Source: Chrysomallon squamiferum (taxonomy: Eukaryota > Animalia > Mollusca). Taken from it: a DNA stretch of 64,000 nt. The translations under genes and the position numbers were made by a program. The notes under the pieces are model-generated. The model was not told the DNA's origin and did not search any database. It saw nothing but the letters and a program-made list of their open reading frames with translations. This document shows positions 1-14,439 of this stretch, piece after piece (position 1 is the first letter of the stretch; each line of letters begins with the position of its first letter). The stretch spans positions 30,814,001-30,878,000 of the forward strand of contig CM022671.1 in NCBI GenBank assembly GCA_012295275.1, given 5' to 3'.

Positions 1-90
1 TATAATAAAAATACTTTCTTAATTAAACGTAAAATAAAATACAGAAGTTGGTGATAATTGCTACAACAGCCAAATCAGAAGCATATTTTT

Positions 91-121
<31 letters not shown>

Positions 122-1492
122 GTAAATAACATATTACATGTTTGTATACAAATATTCGCATATATTTACACACACACACATACATACACAGATTCACATA
201 CATAAAAACAACAAAAGCATCTATATTATGGATTTTATATATTATTTTGGTTTATTCTGAATTTCAAATAATATACAAACAAGTACATACATACAAATAT
301 ACATACATACAAACATACATACACACACAGACACACATACACACATGCACATATATATACACATATAAACACACACACAATTACACACATAATTACTTAC
401 CAACACACACACACACACTTTAAACAGTAAAGTACATTTACATTCCTACGTACAAACTTGCATGTTTCTGATTTACACGTACGTGTCCTGCCCTTGTTTT
501 TTTTTTTTTTTTTTTTTCATCTTTGTTTTGGTCAGCGAAGGACGTCTGCTGATCTTGGAAACAAAAGTTCAAGGCGGTACGTGTGTAATGACATTTCATT
601 CTGTGATTATCTACACGGTGGTCTCATTCACACAACACAGTGTCAGCTCTTCTTTATTAAAGATACAATGAACGACTTTTCTGATTATTATTTACGACTC
701 CGTATATATATGTAAATGAATAATAATAAAAAATGTAAATATAAAAAATAAATAAAGGAATATATATATATATATATATAAAACCTATTTTCATATGTTT
801 ATTTTATTTATTTCTTTATTATTACTTATATATTATTTATGTATGTATGTATGTGTGTGTATATACATATATATTTGTTTGTTTGCTTGCTTGTTTATGT
901 ATTTTCTATTTATTTATATATTTGTAACATTTATTTGTTTATTTCTTCATTCATTTGTTTATTTATCATTTATTTCTTAATGTATTATTATTATTAATAT
1001 TATTATTGTTATTTATTGTGACTTCGTTTTATCTATATTCTGAAACTCATATTTACAGTAATTAGTCTGTGAAAATTTAATACTTCAACTTTTCTTCTTT
1101 TTTTTTGAGAAATTCGTTTCTACTTTCTTTAATACGATAATCAACTGTGAAGTTGGCTGACATCAAAATGTAACACTTGTAATTGAATACAATCAAGTTC
1201 ACCCAGATTCTTCTTAACAGTACGTGACCGGTGATCACAGCCCAGTAATATCAACACTGGAGTCAAATTTCTGACAGCAAGAAAAAACAAAACAAACAAC
1301 AAAAAAAACCTGATACTATTCATTCTAAATAGAATATCATTACTGCAATATTTCCTTGAACTTTAGCTTAGAAAACTGGATACGACATTCAAAGTTCCGG
1401 GGCAGAAAAAAAGTTCCGTGTATAATGTTATTGTTCTAATTACTGGAGAAACACTGGGATGTACGCTTGTGTGTTTTTACTGTGCTCTTTAA

Positions 1493-1529
<37 letters not shown>

Positions 1530-1895
1530 ACATAATTAGATACACAGACACACATTCACACACAGACTCACATACACATATATATACATATTTATATACA
1601 TACACACATATACATACGCATATATACACATATATACACGTACATACCTTCATACAGACACACACACACATATATATTTTCAGACACATTCACACACACA
1701 CACAAACACACATATACATACACAGATCTAAATATATGCACGCATGCACACTAATTTCAAGACTGACACCCAGATGATTTATTTTCTTTGACGAACTCTT
1801 TCGTCTGCCAGTACAATCAAGATAATTGTGTTATACTCATGGTAAATATACATGTATAATCATTACAATTTCGTTCACTATAAATTTAGCAAACA

Positions 1896-1934
<39 letters not shown>

Positions 1935-2069
1935 TCTCATTAGACTGTTACCAAATTTTTAAAAAAAATTAAATTTTAAAAACATATTAAAAAAATGTCA
2001 TTGATTCCATTGAAGATTCGGTAATTCTAATGACTCAACATTTTACAAAGTGTCACTATTTTTAGACTG

Positions 2070-3141
2070 TCAAAATCCCAGTAAACCCCCTTCGTTCATG
2101 CTGCTCCACAAAGTGCGCATGTTCCGAGACGAGTAACCATGTGACGTCACAGCCAAACTGCAACACCCCCACGCCTCTGACGACATTTTGCCGATCCGAA
2201 ATCCACAGCTTCCAACGAACGTGACGTCAGCGCCTTGGCTGCAAATACCCGTCACGAACACGTCTTCCAACCACAGGGGTTTCAGCGAATTACACCTGCG
2301 CAGAAGCACGGGAACGAGGTCGCGGGAAATGACGTAGGACGGTCCGTGTGCGTAAACGGGCAGGTAGGAAAACGGGTAGAGTTGGCGATCGACGTACCAC
2401 TTGCTCGTCTCGTCTCTGTGGGGCGTTTCCTTCGAGCTGATAACTCCGATGATGATTCTCCGTCTGCGGCTGAAGCGCCGTAAGACCGATATCAAGTTAG
2501 GAACGTGAACGAAAACGTCGCTGTCGACTTTCATGACGTAGTGAGTGCCGCTGCAGTGACGCGCGGTCCAGTGCAGCACAGACATCGTCTTCAGAGTCAG
2601 GTTGCGGTAAGAGTCGACGAAGTTCGCTTGGATTACGTCCCCTTTGACAAAACTCTCCCTGCGGAGGCGATCTTGGACGATCTCGCTCGACGTTCGACCG
2701 GTGACGAAGACCAGCCTCAGAGGCACGTGAGCTCGATGCACGTGAAGCCCCCACGAATAACGAATGACGTTTCTCGTCTCGAAGTCTGCCGGCGCGCTTG
2801 TCACGAAGATCACGAGAAAAACAGACTTGTTTTTCAGATCGCTCGTGTTGCACAGACTGCTCGGGTTTATCGCGTAGCTTCCGTATTCTTTCGCCCTGGC
2901 TGCGGTGACGTCACTTGCGTTGCGGGTGAAAAACGTCACTAAGTCCTGGTCGTACTTAGAGGATTTCTCCTCGCAGCGGAGGCTCACCACACCAGGCCGT
3001 GGTGACCGCAGAATACACGAGCCACATTAGCGCGAAACAAAAAAACATGGCGGCCACCGTCTTTATAATAGGTTTCATATGTGACAGAACGAATCTGAAA
3101 ATACAAAAACGAATGTTTTAATCTGGAAATGAAGAATATTT

Positions 3142-3185
<44 letters not shown>

Positions 3186-3395
3186 AAATATTAATGTCAC
3201 AGAAATGTAAAAAGAAAAATAATTTTCTTTCGTACAAATACGTTTATTAACAAACAAAATAAAATAAATAAATAAATAATGCTATTAATGATAATTATAT
3301 ATCCAAAAAGATCATCAGAAGATATGCAGTAATTAACTTACGAAATAAAAAATCATAAAAATAAGTAAATACGAAGTACTGCGAGCCGCACTATT

Positions 3396-3431
<36 letters not shown>

Positions 3432-3476
3432 GATAGTTATCTCTCTCTCTCTAAAAACAACAAGAGAGAAGAGAGA

Positions 3477-3523
<47 letters not shown>

Positions 3524-3717
3524 CACAGAAATGTAAAAAGAAAAATAATTTTCTTTCGAACAAATAAGTTTATTAACAAATAAAAATAAACAAATATATA
3601 AATAAATAAATTATGCTATTAATGATAATAATTGTATATGCAAAAAGCTCATCAGTAGATATGCAATTATAAACATAGAAAAGAAACCTACCTTAGCCTG
3701 CAGAAAAGGAAATTCAT
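2070..3717 (-). CDS. Beta-1,3-galactosyltransferase-like (CAZy GT31) type II membrane protein; exons 3717-3692 and 3094-2070, one apparent 1-bp frameshift near 3013
   Basis: ORF 2070-2990 has GT31 motifs: FVTSAP..R..IR.SWG, GDVIQANFVDSYRNLTLKT, YVMKVDSDVFV (DxD), SKWYV, GPSYVIS, LEDVFVTG. An upstream exon (ATG 3717, donor AG|GTAGG) splices in frame to acceptor TTTCAG|3094, giving MNFLFCRLRFVLSHMKPIIKTVAAMFFCFALMWLVY (signal anchor). This is one base out of frame with the catalytic ORF. Confidence 0.88.
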
Positions 3718-3805
3718 TGTGAAAATTAATCACAAAATCTGTAATGAAATAAAACCATCACAAAAATAATCAAGTAAATACGGTGTTATAAGCCGCACTA
3801 GTTAA

Positions 3806-3866
<61 letters not shown>

Positions 3867-3911
3867 CCTCCCTCCCTCCCTCCCTCCCTCCCTCCCTCTC
3901 TCTCTCTCTCT

Positions 3912-3991
<80 letters not shown>

Positions 3992-4000
3992 GGGATAGTT
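3196..4000. repeat. Local tandem duplication (copy A about 3196-3440, copy B about 3522-4000)
   Basis: Shared blocks gtcacagaaatgtaaaaagaaaaataattttctttcg, atgctattaatgataat, aagtaaatacg, gccgcacta and tctgggatagttat occur twice in the same order. Confidence 0.8.
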
Positions 4001-4339
4001 ATAACAAAAAACGTAACAACAACAACAATTATTACAATATAGTAATCAGAACAATATAAAAGTAATAATAAATAATAATATAATAATAATAATAAAGAGA
4101 AATTAATAATAGTAATAATAACGACGACAAACAAAATACTTAAACAACGAATAAAAACAAATAAATAAATAAACAATTTTGTAGATAACTAAATAATAAC
4201 GACAACAACACTAACTAATAATTTTAACAACAATAACAAATAAAGTAATAAAGATAAACAAAGAAAGAACGAAATAAACAAATAAATTAAAAATATATAT
4301 ACATAATAATAAAAACGAAACTAAACTAATTAACTGAAA

Positions 4340-4379
<40 letters not shown>

Positions 4380-5413
4380 CCACACAGAAGAACATTATTT
4401 TGTTTGGTTGCGGTTATTTTACTCCTCGCTGCCTTACACACACCGAATGTAATCGTAAGTTTACGTACAACTCGTTTTGTCCAGTGCTTTTATTCATCTT
4501 CGTAAGACATTCAGAGATAAAAGAAAACACAAATACAATACTGTGTTATATAACAAATTATTAGTAATACCACGCTTACTCTAAAAAAAAAAAACACCCA
4601 TAACAAACAACAACAACAAAACAAACAAAATACGGTTATAGATTAACCAACAAACAAAGAAACAAAATAAAATAAAAATGAATAAGCGGATATATTTCAT
4701 CTGCTGTAAAATATATTTGAATGTCTTTGAATTTCAGATTTACCTTCGAAATCAGAGATTATTGCTTCAGTGTGGACAAAACAACAACAAGAACTGTGCT
4801 GACAACCAAAAAAGAAACACACCCAAAAACAAACAAAAAAACTACTTTTCCAAACAATTCCGTGAAAGCTCTTTCGTAACTATTTGCCGAAAGCACCGGT
4901 CTTCCTCCCCTTTCAGATATCACGTTATATCCAGGGCAGCGGCGGGACCGGAGGTGTAGTGGGTGGGGTCGGGGTGTGTATAGGGGGACTGTGCCACACT
5001 AAGATCATGACAGCGAATTTAGCTCGGTCTGTGTTCTCGCTGTTCGCTGAGACCCTCTCCCCTAGAAAACAAACACAGATTCTTCACTGATATGCCTGAT
5101 CAGTTTAGAATAATTGTTGTTTGATGTGTATAGTGAAAATGTATTTGCTGACCTAGAAAAAAAACTGTAGAATTGAATAGTGAATGCATTTTTGTATTGC
5201 TGGCTTTATGTTTAGATTATATTGGCGGTTTCTCTTGTTCGTAAAAAAAACCCATTTTGCTTGTGTTCGATGTATTGGAGGGCAGAGCGTCTTAATTGTT
5301 TGAAAAGTATCTGGAGAGTATAATATATAGTATGTGTCAAGCACATATTAATAATGTCAGAAGATATACACATATAATAATAATAGTTGTAGTGGTTGTA
5401 GTAATAGAAGTAA

Positions 5414-5460
<47 letters not shown>

Positions 5461-6614
5461 AATAAAATAAAATAAAATAAATTAAAATATAATAAAATAA
5501 AATATCGTCTTTATAGACAGATCATAATTAATTTGTTTGTTTGTTTGTTTGTTTATTTATTTATTTCTTCCATCATTTTTTTTTTCTCTCTCTATTTAAA
5601 CAGCCTGTTCTTAACAAACACTGGTGAATGAACGATTACAATACTAGACTGATTGGCCGAGTTGACTGTCGTTGTAGTTGTCTCATAAATAAAGATACAA
5701 AAAGAAAATCCACTGCAGTCACTCCAGCTGAGTAATCATTATTTAATATAATTGCCTGCAGCAAGGGATCTTTTCATAACACTATCCTGCACTCATATAT
5801 AACACATAATTATCATTATTTTCCGAAGTAGTGTTTGGAACGGGAAAAACTCATTCTTGTCACGGGCTGAGCAAAATAAATGAATACTCATTTACTGGCT
5901 TTTTTTTTATATAGTTCTGGATAAAAATATAACATTTTTAAAAATTATTTTAATAAAGCACACTTAAAGAGACCAAAAAAAAATAAAAAATAAATAAAAA
6001 AAGTATAATATATCACGGTTTTATTTTAATAGCCGCTCCATCGTTTGTCTTAAGTAAATTATTATTCTCAGTAAAATAGTATCAAAAAAAAAAAATATTA
6101 CGTGGACTCTGTCTGACTAGAATTTTTCGTGATTTAACAAAAAACAAAAAATACAACCATTGTACTCAGTCTTTCTAGTAATTACTCGTAAATGAATTTT
6201 GAATTAAATTTAAAGAATGAATTAACAAAATATAAAGAAAAAGTAAAATAAAATAGTTGACAATTATTTCAGTTATTTGGTGCACCGACGATGACAGCAG
6301 CAGCAGCAGTAGCAACAACAAAAACTACAAAAACTACAATAATAATAATAATTGTAATAATAACAACAACAACAACAACAACAATAATTGGAGAACTTTG
6401 TGTATATGTGTGTATGTGTGTTAAAAATATATATTCAGAAAAAAATATTCGTGTTATTTCGTAATAATAACACGGCGATCTTGTAGGTAAATGTCTTCTT
6501 TCATTAACACCCACTGAATGTATTTATTTATTTATTTATTTATTTATTTATTTTTTTAACAAGCTAAATCACCTTGACAAGCATTAACAAGTAATCTGAA
6601 CGCGCTGTGAAGCT

Positions 6615-6790
6615 GCGTGACGTCATCGACGTGGTCGTGTAAATCATAAACCTCTCGTTCGTTACCTGTCAGAGGAAACGAGACGCAGGACAAGACTTTA
6701 ACGATTAACACGTCGTCTGATTGGCCGAGCGCTGACGTGGAACAATCTTTGATTAATTACTGTGATTGGCTGCTCACCCACGTCAAATCA
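6615..6790 (-). promoter_or_regulatory. Putative promoter and first non-coding exon of the GT31 gene
   Basis: CpG-rich patch with TGACGTCA (6618-6625), TGACGTGG (6733-6740), CCACGTCA (6778-6785), two minus-strand CCAAT boxes (6720-6724, 6765-6769) and a minus-strand donor CAG|GTAAC at 6666/6665. Confidence 0.45.
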
Positions 6791-9425
6791 CCGACGTTGT
6801 CTTATTGTCCATAAGTCGAACGAGAGCCTAAATATGATTGGTTAGATGATCGATATTAACGGAAGGTATCATCATGGCTGACCGATTTTTTTTTTTTTTT
6901 TTTTTGATTTTTTTTTTTATATTAATAAGCAACAGTAATAACAATGAAAACAACACCAACAGTATTAACACCAACATCACCACCATCAGCAACAACAAAA
7001 ACATCAACGTCGACAATAACAACCAACAACAAGCATTATTGCCGTAAAATTCAGTAAAGTATAATTTTCAAATATCAAACTTTTTAGATGATTTATTTTT
7101 AGACGTAGACATTGTATGGTACAGCCGAGAATGGTGTTGTTAGTAAGATGTGGCTGAGGGGAAAAAAAATTGACAAGATTTTTTGACATCTGTCTAAGAC
7201 AGATTTTTCATATTTTTTGACATCTGTCTAAGACAGATTTTTCTATATTACTACTACTACTATGATTACTACTACTACTACTACTACACTACTATTTACT
7301 ACTATCTATTATTATTACTGGTGCTACTACTTCTACCACCACTATTACTACAACAACAACAACTACTACTACTACAATTACTACTTCTACTACTACCAAC
7401 ACAGCATCTGTTACTACTACTACTACTACCGCAATAACATCAACCACAACTGAAATGACTGCTTCTGGTAGTACTTCTATTATTACTACTAATAAATTTG
7501 GCCATTTGCACGAAAGACTGGCACAAACGCAAACTGAACCTAAACTCTCAGAATTCTGTTTTCGCTTTTGATGTGTCTTTCTATAAATATCTGCATTTAA
7601 ATCATTTAGAATCTTTTTGAAAAGATTTACCCAGTCGGATACACATTTACGTAAATCAATGACTTAAACGGAACCTGTTTCTGACAGCCTCTCTGTCAGA
7701 TGTAAAGAAACAAGAGAGATGAACTGTTAGCTCAAGCCAAAGATTTTAGATTTCGAGGAGCTGGTAACACGCGAGAACACGCGAGTGAGGATAACAGATG
7801 CATCTGACAAGATTTAGCTCCAGTGGCTAAAATTAGTGTCGTGTATTACAGTTCCTTTTGAACTCTTACAGAGCCAGGCCTGCGAAACCGTTCATAAATG
7901 TTTTATTATTTAACACATAAAAATAGTTTTCTTTACTCTCGTAGTTCAGACAGAAATAGCAAAAAGAAAATTTAAAGCACTTTTCAAGTAATATTATTTA
8001 TAGAAATGATAGTGGCACTTTTATTTTTTTTGACATGGATTTTATTCGCTAAATTATTGTTAGTAATAATTCATACTACATCTACATTTTTGGGTAATGT
8101 TTTGTTCGGGTGTTTTATTATTATTATTATTATTATAATTATTATTATTATTATTATTTTTACTATTATTATTATTATTATTACTATTACTACTACTACT
8201 ACAATTACTATTAGCACTACTACTGTTACCATTATCATCATTACTACTACTACTAAAATTAGTTAGTACTACCTCCACTAAAACTACCACTTTCACCACC
8301 ACCGCTACTACTACTACTACTACTGAGGTATTTTTGAAAGTGTGTTAAAGTAGTATTAGTTTCAGTATTAAAATATTAATAGTCGTTGTGGTAGTAGTAG
8401 CAGAAGTAATAGCAGCAATAATAACAGTAATAATAATAGTAGTAGTAATAGTAAAAAAAAAAAGTAATAGTAGTTATTGTTGTAGTAATGGTCATATGAC
8501 GATAATAACGACTCTAAAGATAATAGCTGCAGTAGTAAAATTACCAGGAACTGTAAAAATATTCCAATATATTATTAGTGGTCTTTAACTTCATAATTAT
8601 ATTTGTTCTACCTTTTGTGACATTTCTAATCAGTAATAACACATATTTGGGGCAACTAAATCGGACATACCAGCATGCTTTTTATTTTACGGTACCCGGA
8701 AAAATAGCCGTTGTCACGCGTAAGATTAACTGCGCACCAAAGCGAAAATATGAAAACATCAGTTCGAGAATCGGGCGAGGCTTCATGTGAAGTCTTGTGA
8801 AGGGAGTCACGGAACCTAAAAACAGCTACATTTTTCACTCGCTTATAAAAGAGTAAAATTTTATATTAAATTTTGTCGTCATTAACAGTTATGAATATTT
8901 ATGGAAAAAAACCCCAGAAGTTCTTATTCCAGTTTATTTCCGGACATTACTGAATTATACATTATACAGACGTATATTGACTGATTTCGTTTGGTGTTGA
9001 ATTCTGAATATTTTGTTCTTTCGTAATTTTTGTTTTAAACGAATCAGAATTTCGTGAGATGTTTTTTTTTTTTCTTAGTTTTGATAAAACAGGTAACTGA
9101 CGTATGATTTTTATGAAAAAGAAACAAATGGAGAATTTTTGAAGGGAGGATAATACAAAAGCCATACGACGGAATAAAATAAAATATGCAAATGTCACTG
9201 ATGTTGAGCTTATAATCTGTTTTATGTAAAAACTACAAACTGATTTGAAATGAGGAAAGTTTATTTCTTAAGGTACATATTACATAACAAACTATGAATT
9301 TTGAACTACAAAGTGATAACAACAACAGTAACAACAACACATTTTCTTCTTCTTATTATTATTATTACTGTTACTGCTGTTGATGTTGTTTTCTTGTCGT
9401 CGTCGTGTTATTTAATGATTAATAA

Positions 9426-9467
<42 letters not shown>

Positions 9468-9679
9468 TAATAATAATAATAATAAACTCGATAACAATCA
9501 CACACTATTTCCTATTTCGTATCTTTTCGTTCATCTTCGGTTTTACACCACACAGCCTATTAATAATATGACGTCAACAATTGAATAACGTCATTCAGCA
9601 AATAGAAATCCAGGGTTTTATTTGGATGTAAGGAGATGTCTTGAATGAAAATGAAAAGAAAGAAAATTCTTGCAAGGTA

Positions 9680-9746
9680 ACATTTTATTTTAATAGCTTC
9701 AACAATTTGATAAAAATATGAAACACAAAATTACTGCAACAAACAA

Positions 9747-9797
<51 letters not shown>

Positions 9798-10380
9798 TCG
9801 TTGAATTGGCTTTGTCTATATGAATGAATACAAGAATTAATTTAAATAATTTCAGTCTGCCAACATTTTATATTCTTAAAGATTCTGGTTTGAATATTAT
9901 CACGTCTTTTTAATGACATATCTAACATAAAACTTTAACATTAGTCCAGAAGAAAAACTGAAGTCAGTAAATCATTAGTGATTTTGATTTATTTCTATAT
10001 TTTAAATATTTTTCTGTTTGCCGTTAGACATAATGGTGTACCATTTTCTCTTTGAACTCGATTTATTATAATTAAATTGCTGCTATGCTGCTAAATCATT
10101 TATCTTCTTAATTTTATCGTCAACTTTTGTTTTTGAGGCGCTCAGATAAAACAAGGTACACTTAGAAAAAATCTTTATTTTTAAATTAAACTGAAAATTA
10201 AATTCTTAAATAAACATAAATACATAATTAAGCAGGCTTATGTGAAAAACTAATTCCGATGAAGAATACGATAAACACGTGTTTGAAAATATTGAAAAAG
10301 ATAAAATTCAGTCCCTATTTATAAAACTGAGGTCAGTATTTCAGTGATTCGAGATATTTCATGAATCTACAGTTGTATTG

Positions 10381-10458
<78 letters not shown>

Positions 10459-10676
10459 GTCTCTCTCACATTTAATTTCTCACTCAATCTCTCTCTTTTA
10501 TAGCTACAAATATTACAAATGAATATCTTGTTTTTATTAAAACAGAAACAACAACAAGAAAAGTAATAATAATAAACTTATCAGAATAATGCTGATGGTA
10601 TTATTATTATTATTATTGAACTTTATAATAGTGCTACTACTACTACTACTACTACTACTAATAATAATAATAATAA

Positions 10677-10711
<35 letters not shown>

Positions 10712-11762
10712 ATAATAACAATGGCTCATATCAGAATATCGAAAAAGAAATTCAGAAACGACAACAACAACACATACAGAAAACACAATAACATTAAACA
10801 TAGCCGGGCTGTGAAGGATTTTTTTTTTTTTTTTTTTTTTTTTTTGTCTTCTGTTTAATATTTTCTTGTTATATGACTATAATTTCTCTATTTATGCATT
10901 CACTCTATTTCAAAAGTGTAGAGTTTCAAGTCGATTATATTTTTTAAAAAGTCCATTAACTGAAGAAACACAGGAGATGGACACAATGAACAAGTCATGG
11001 TCACTTCCTATCGAGTGTAACTGTATCTGTGTCCGTTTTATATCAGATACTTCGTCATCACCCTCCCATTAACTCCCGCACCTACAGAGATGATGAATTA
11101 ATTGATGTGAAATGGACACAGATACAGTTACCCTCAACGGGAAGTGACCATGACTTTGTTCATTGTGTCCATCTTTTGTGTGTGTTCAGTTAATGAACGA
11201 TTTATTTGTTCGAACTGACGGACTAAATTTTGGAAATAAAGTGAATAAAAAAATATAAATATTATACTGATAAAACAAGAAAATGTAAAAAAAAAAAAAA
11301 AAAAAATAAAAATCGTGAAATAATTAAATATTTTATTAGTTATTGTCTTTTCTGTATTTTTGTTGCTGTTGTCGTTGTTGGTTTTGCTGAATTTCTTTGT
11401 AGACACCCAGATAGGATTCAGTGCCGATGTGACTAGTCTGCTTATACTCAGTGACAGACAACCGTTTATAGTGACACATACACAGACTGACAGACATACG
11501 TATACCAGACAGAGAGTGTGATAGACAGACAAACACGCAGTGAGAGATAGATTAGAACAGACAGACAGACAGAATGATAGAGAGAAAGATTATTTATCAT
11601 TTTGTTTATTATAGTTATTGTTATTATTATTTGCTTTTTTAATTATTGCTACTGTTGTTGTTGTTGTTGTTGCTGTTGTTATTGTTTTGATAAAAATATA
11701 ATATTAATTTTTTAACGAATTATACGAGTGAGAGAGCGAGAGAGAGAGAAAGATAAAGAGGA

Positions 11763-11821
<59 letters not shown>

Positions 11822-12500
11822 TGTATGTATGTATGCATGTATTTTCCTGAATTTTATCTTTTTCAATAATTTCAACACGTGTATATTCTTCATCGGAATT
11901 TGTTTTTCACCTAACACTACTTAATTATGTATTTACTTTTTGTTACAAATTTAATTTTCATTTTATATTTATAAATAAAGATTTTTTTTTTTTTTTTTTT
12001 TTTTTTATATGTACCTTGTTTTATCTGAGGGCCTTAAAAAATAAAATCTGACAATAAAATTGAGAAGATCAATGATTTATTAGTAAAGCAAAAACTTAAT
12101 TATAATAAATCATTTTTGTCATATGCTCAATTATCCAGTTCAAACAGAGTGGTGTACCTTTCGTTATGTGTAACGGTAAATAGATTTTAATTTTTTTTTT
12201 ATTATTATTTTTTTTTTAAATTAAATTAATTTAAAAATTAAAAAATAAATGTAAATCACTATTGATTTACTGATCTTTCGTTTTTCTTCAAAACTAATGT
12301 GAAAGTTTTATGCTATATATGTCAGTAAAAAAATTTAAAGAAAAAAGAAATAATAATAATGATGATGATGATAATAATAATAATAATAATAATAGTAGTA
12401 GCAGTAGTAGTAGTAGTAGTAGTAAAATAATAATAATAATAATAACAATAAAAATAATAATAATAAACAGAAATAGTAGTAGTAGTAGTAGCAGTAGCAC

Positions 12501-12541
<41 letters not shown>

Positions 12542-12586
12542 GTAATAGTAATAATAATAATAATAATAACAATAATAATAATAGTA

Positions 12587-12671
<85 letters not shown>

Positions 12672-12880
12672 TAATAATAAAATCAAAGCTAAAAGAAAGG
12701 TCGATTTGACTGTACAGCACGTAATCAATGCACGGGACATTAATTCCGTTTTCCTGAAATAATTGTTGCGTCTCACTTTTTATCTGAAATACGACAGATG
12801 CAGTAATTGGTGTTTTTCTTTGATCGTTATCACTGCATTAAAGTTTATTCTTCCATAATTATCAGCTATTATTTTATTAT
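9680..12880. repeat. Long degenerate inverted repeat (foldback), centre about 11075
   Basis: Mirrored blocks: ctcagataaaacaaggtac (10141) vs gtaccttgttttatctgag (12011); aattccgatgaagaata (10252) vs tattcttcatcggaatt (11884); cagtaaatcattagtgatt (9965) vs aatcactattgatttactg (12254); innermost arms 10954-11061 and 11088-11195. Confidence 0.75.
10954..11195. mobile_element. MITE-like palindromic core (arms about 108 bp, spacer about 26 bp)
   Basis: cattaactgaa...gatggacacaatgaacaagtcatggtcacttcc...gtaactgtatctgtgtcc is mirrored by ggacacagatacagttac...ggaagtgaccatgactttgttcattgtgtccatc...ttcagttaatg. No coding capacity; mobile origin is inferred. Confidence 0.5.
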
Positions 12881-14376
12881 ACATCGATAATCATTACCTA
12901 ACAAGCGTATCCGAACTTACATTGATTTTACATACACGATTAAATATATATAAACAAGTTAATTATAGAAGCAAAATCTAAGCCATTGCTAATCACGATA
13001 TTCCTAACCAGAGTATTTAGAAACTGTGATCTACGAAGAAAAAAAAAAAAAAAAAAAAACGTTAAAGAATAACTGTGACGTCACTGATGTTTATTACGTA
13101 TTTGATTATAATTACGCATAATGATTAATCATGACACGAGCTGACGTAACAGTATTTTTGATTATTAGCAAAGGATTTATTTATATATATACTTTCCCAT
13201 GAACATAACGTTATTTACTCTGTTTGATATATCGGTCAGCGAGCACTGGTTGGAACGGATTATAACGTGAATGACGTGGATGCAGGGTCGAGAGAGAGAG
13301 AGATTCGCTGCTCACAGTGTAAGTGATGTTCATTTCTGTCGACCTTTCTTCCAGATGTGTTAAAAAGAAGTGAAGCGTGTTTCAGGACGTTTATGTGAAA
13401 TATTGAAAACCTGGCAGTATTTGAAATACACCGAGACCGTGCATAATTACACCTCTGACAGTGTCAGTAATGAGAATCAGAAACCAGGCTATCACAACTC
13501 AATTTTTTAATTTTTAATTTTTAAAATTATTTATTAAAAAAGAAAGAAAGAAAGAAATAAAATAAACAACATACGAAAAGCAATAAAATGAAATGAGAAA
13601 ATAAAATAAAATAAAATAAAATAAATAAATAATGATATTAATAATAATAATAATAATAACAACAATAACAATAATAATTAAAACATATTAATAATAATAA
13701 TAATAATAAATATTTAAATAAATAAATAGGTTGTAGTAGTAGTAGCAGGAATAACTTTGGTAATAACTAAGTAGAAATCAAAGAAATAATTGTAGCAAAA
13801 AACGGTATTACTATACCATTATTGTTGTTTCTGCTGCTGTTTTTGCTGTTGTTCATTTTGTAGTTTGTGTTATAAACCTTTATTATATTTATCGGCTTTT
13901 GGTTTATTTCATTTCTACATTAATTAAAGTATATTACTCAATTTCAGTGTAATTTTTACAAGAACCTGCATCCGACCCTAAATTCATTGCTTATTCATAG
14001 AATATTGATCTGTTATTGAGTTCGCTTAAACTAGACAAACAATCGAAACTAACATCTTTATTACAGAGATTCATGTTGACATAATAATAATGATTCCAGT
14101 TAAAATGGGATCGTTTAAATGTATCTGGACGAATTAAGGATTGGCAGTGTTGGAATATCACATATTTTTACACTGATCAGCTGGTTTCCAGATAAATAAC
14201 ATAATGAATGATCTACATATGTTAATTGTTATTACTACCACTGTCACTATCATTGTGTTACTGTTGTTGTTGCTCTACAAGTACTTCTGCTACAGATAAG
14301 AAGAAGAAGAAGAAGAAGAAGAAGAAATAATAATAACAATATTAATATATTTATTAATAATAATAGTGATATATTA

Positions 14377-14439
<63 letters not shown>

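Noticed and set aside
1141-1323. 60-aa ORF with hydrophobic N-terminus
   Set aside because: Hydrophobicity derives from an A-rich low-complexity tract downstream of the GT31 stop; no supporting gene structure.
7176-7245. Small tandem duplication containing the palindrome atctgtctaagacagat
   Set aside because: Two copies only, no context suggesting function.
12294-12776. Long poly-L/I/N, SLSL, ERER, CVCV and HTHT ORFs here and throughout the track
   Set aside because: Translations of microsatellites with no coding signal.
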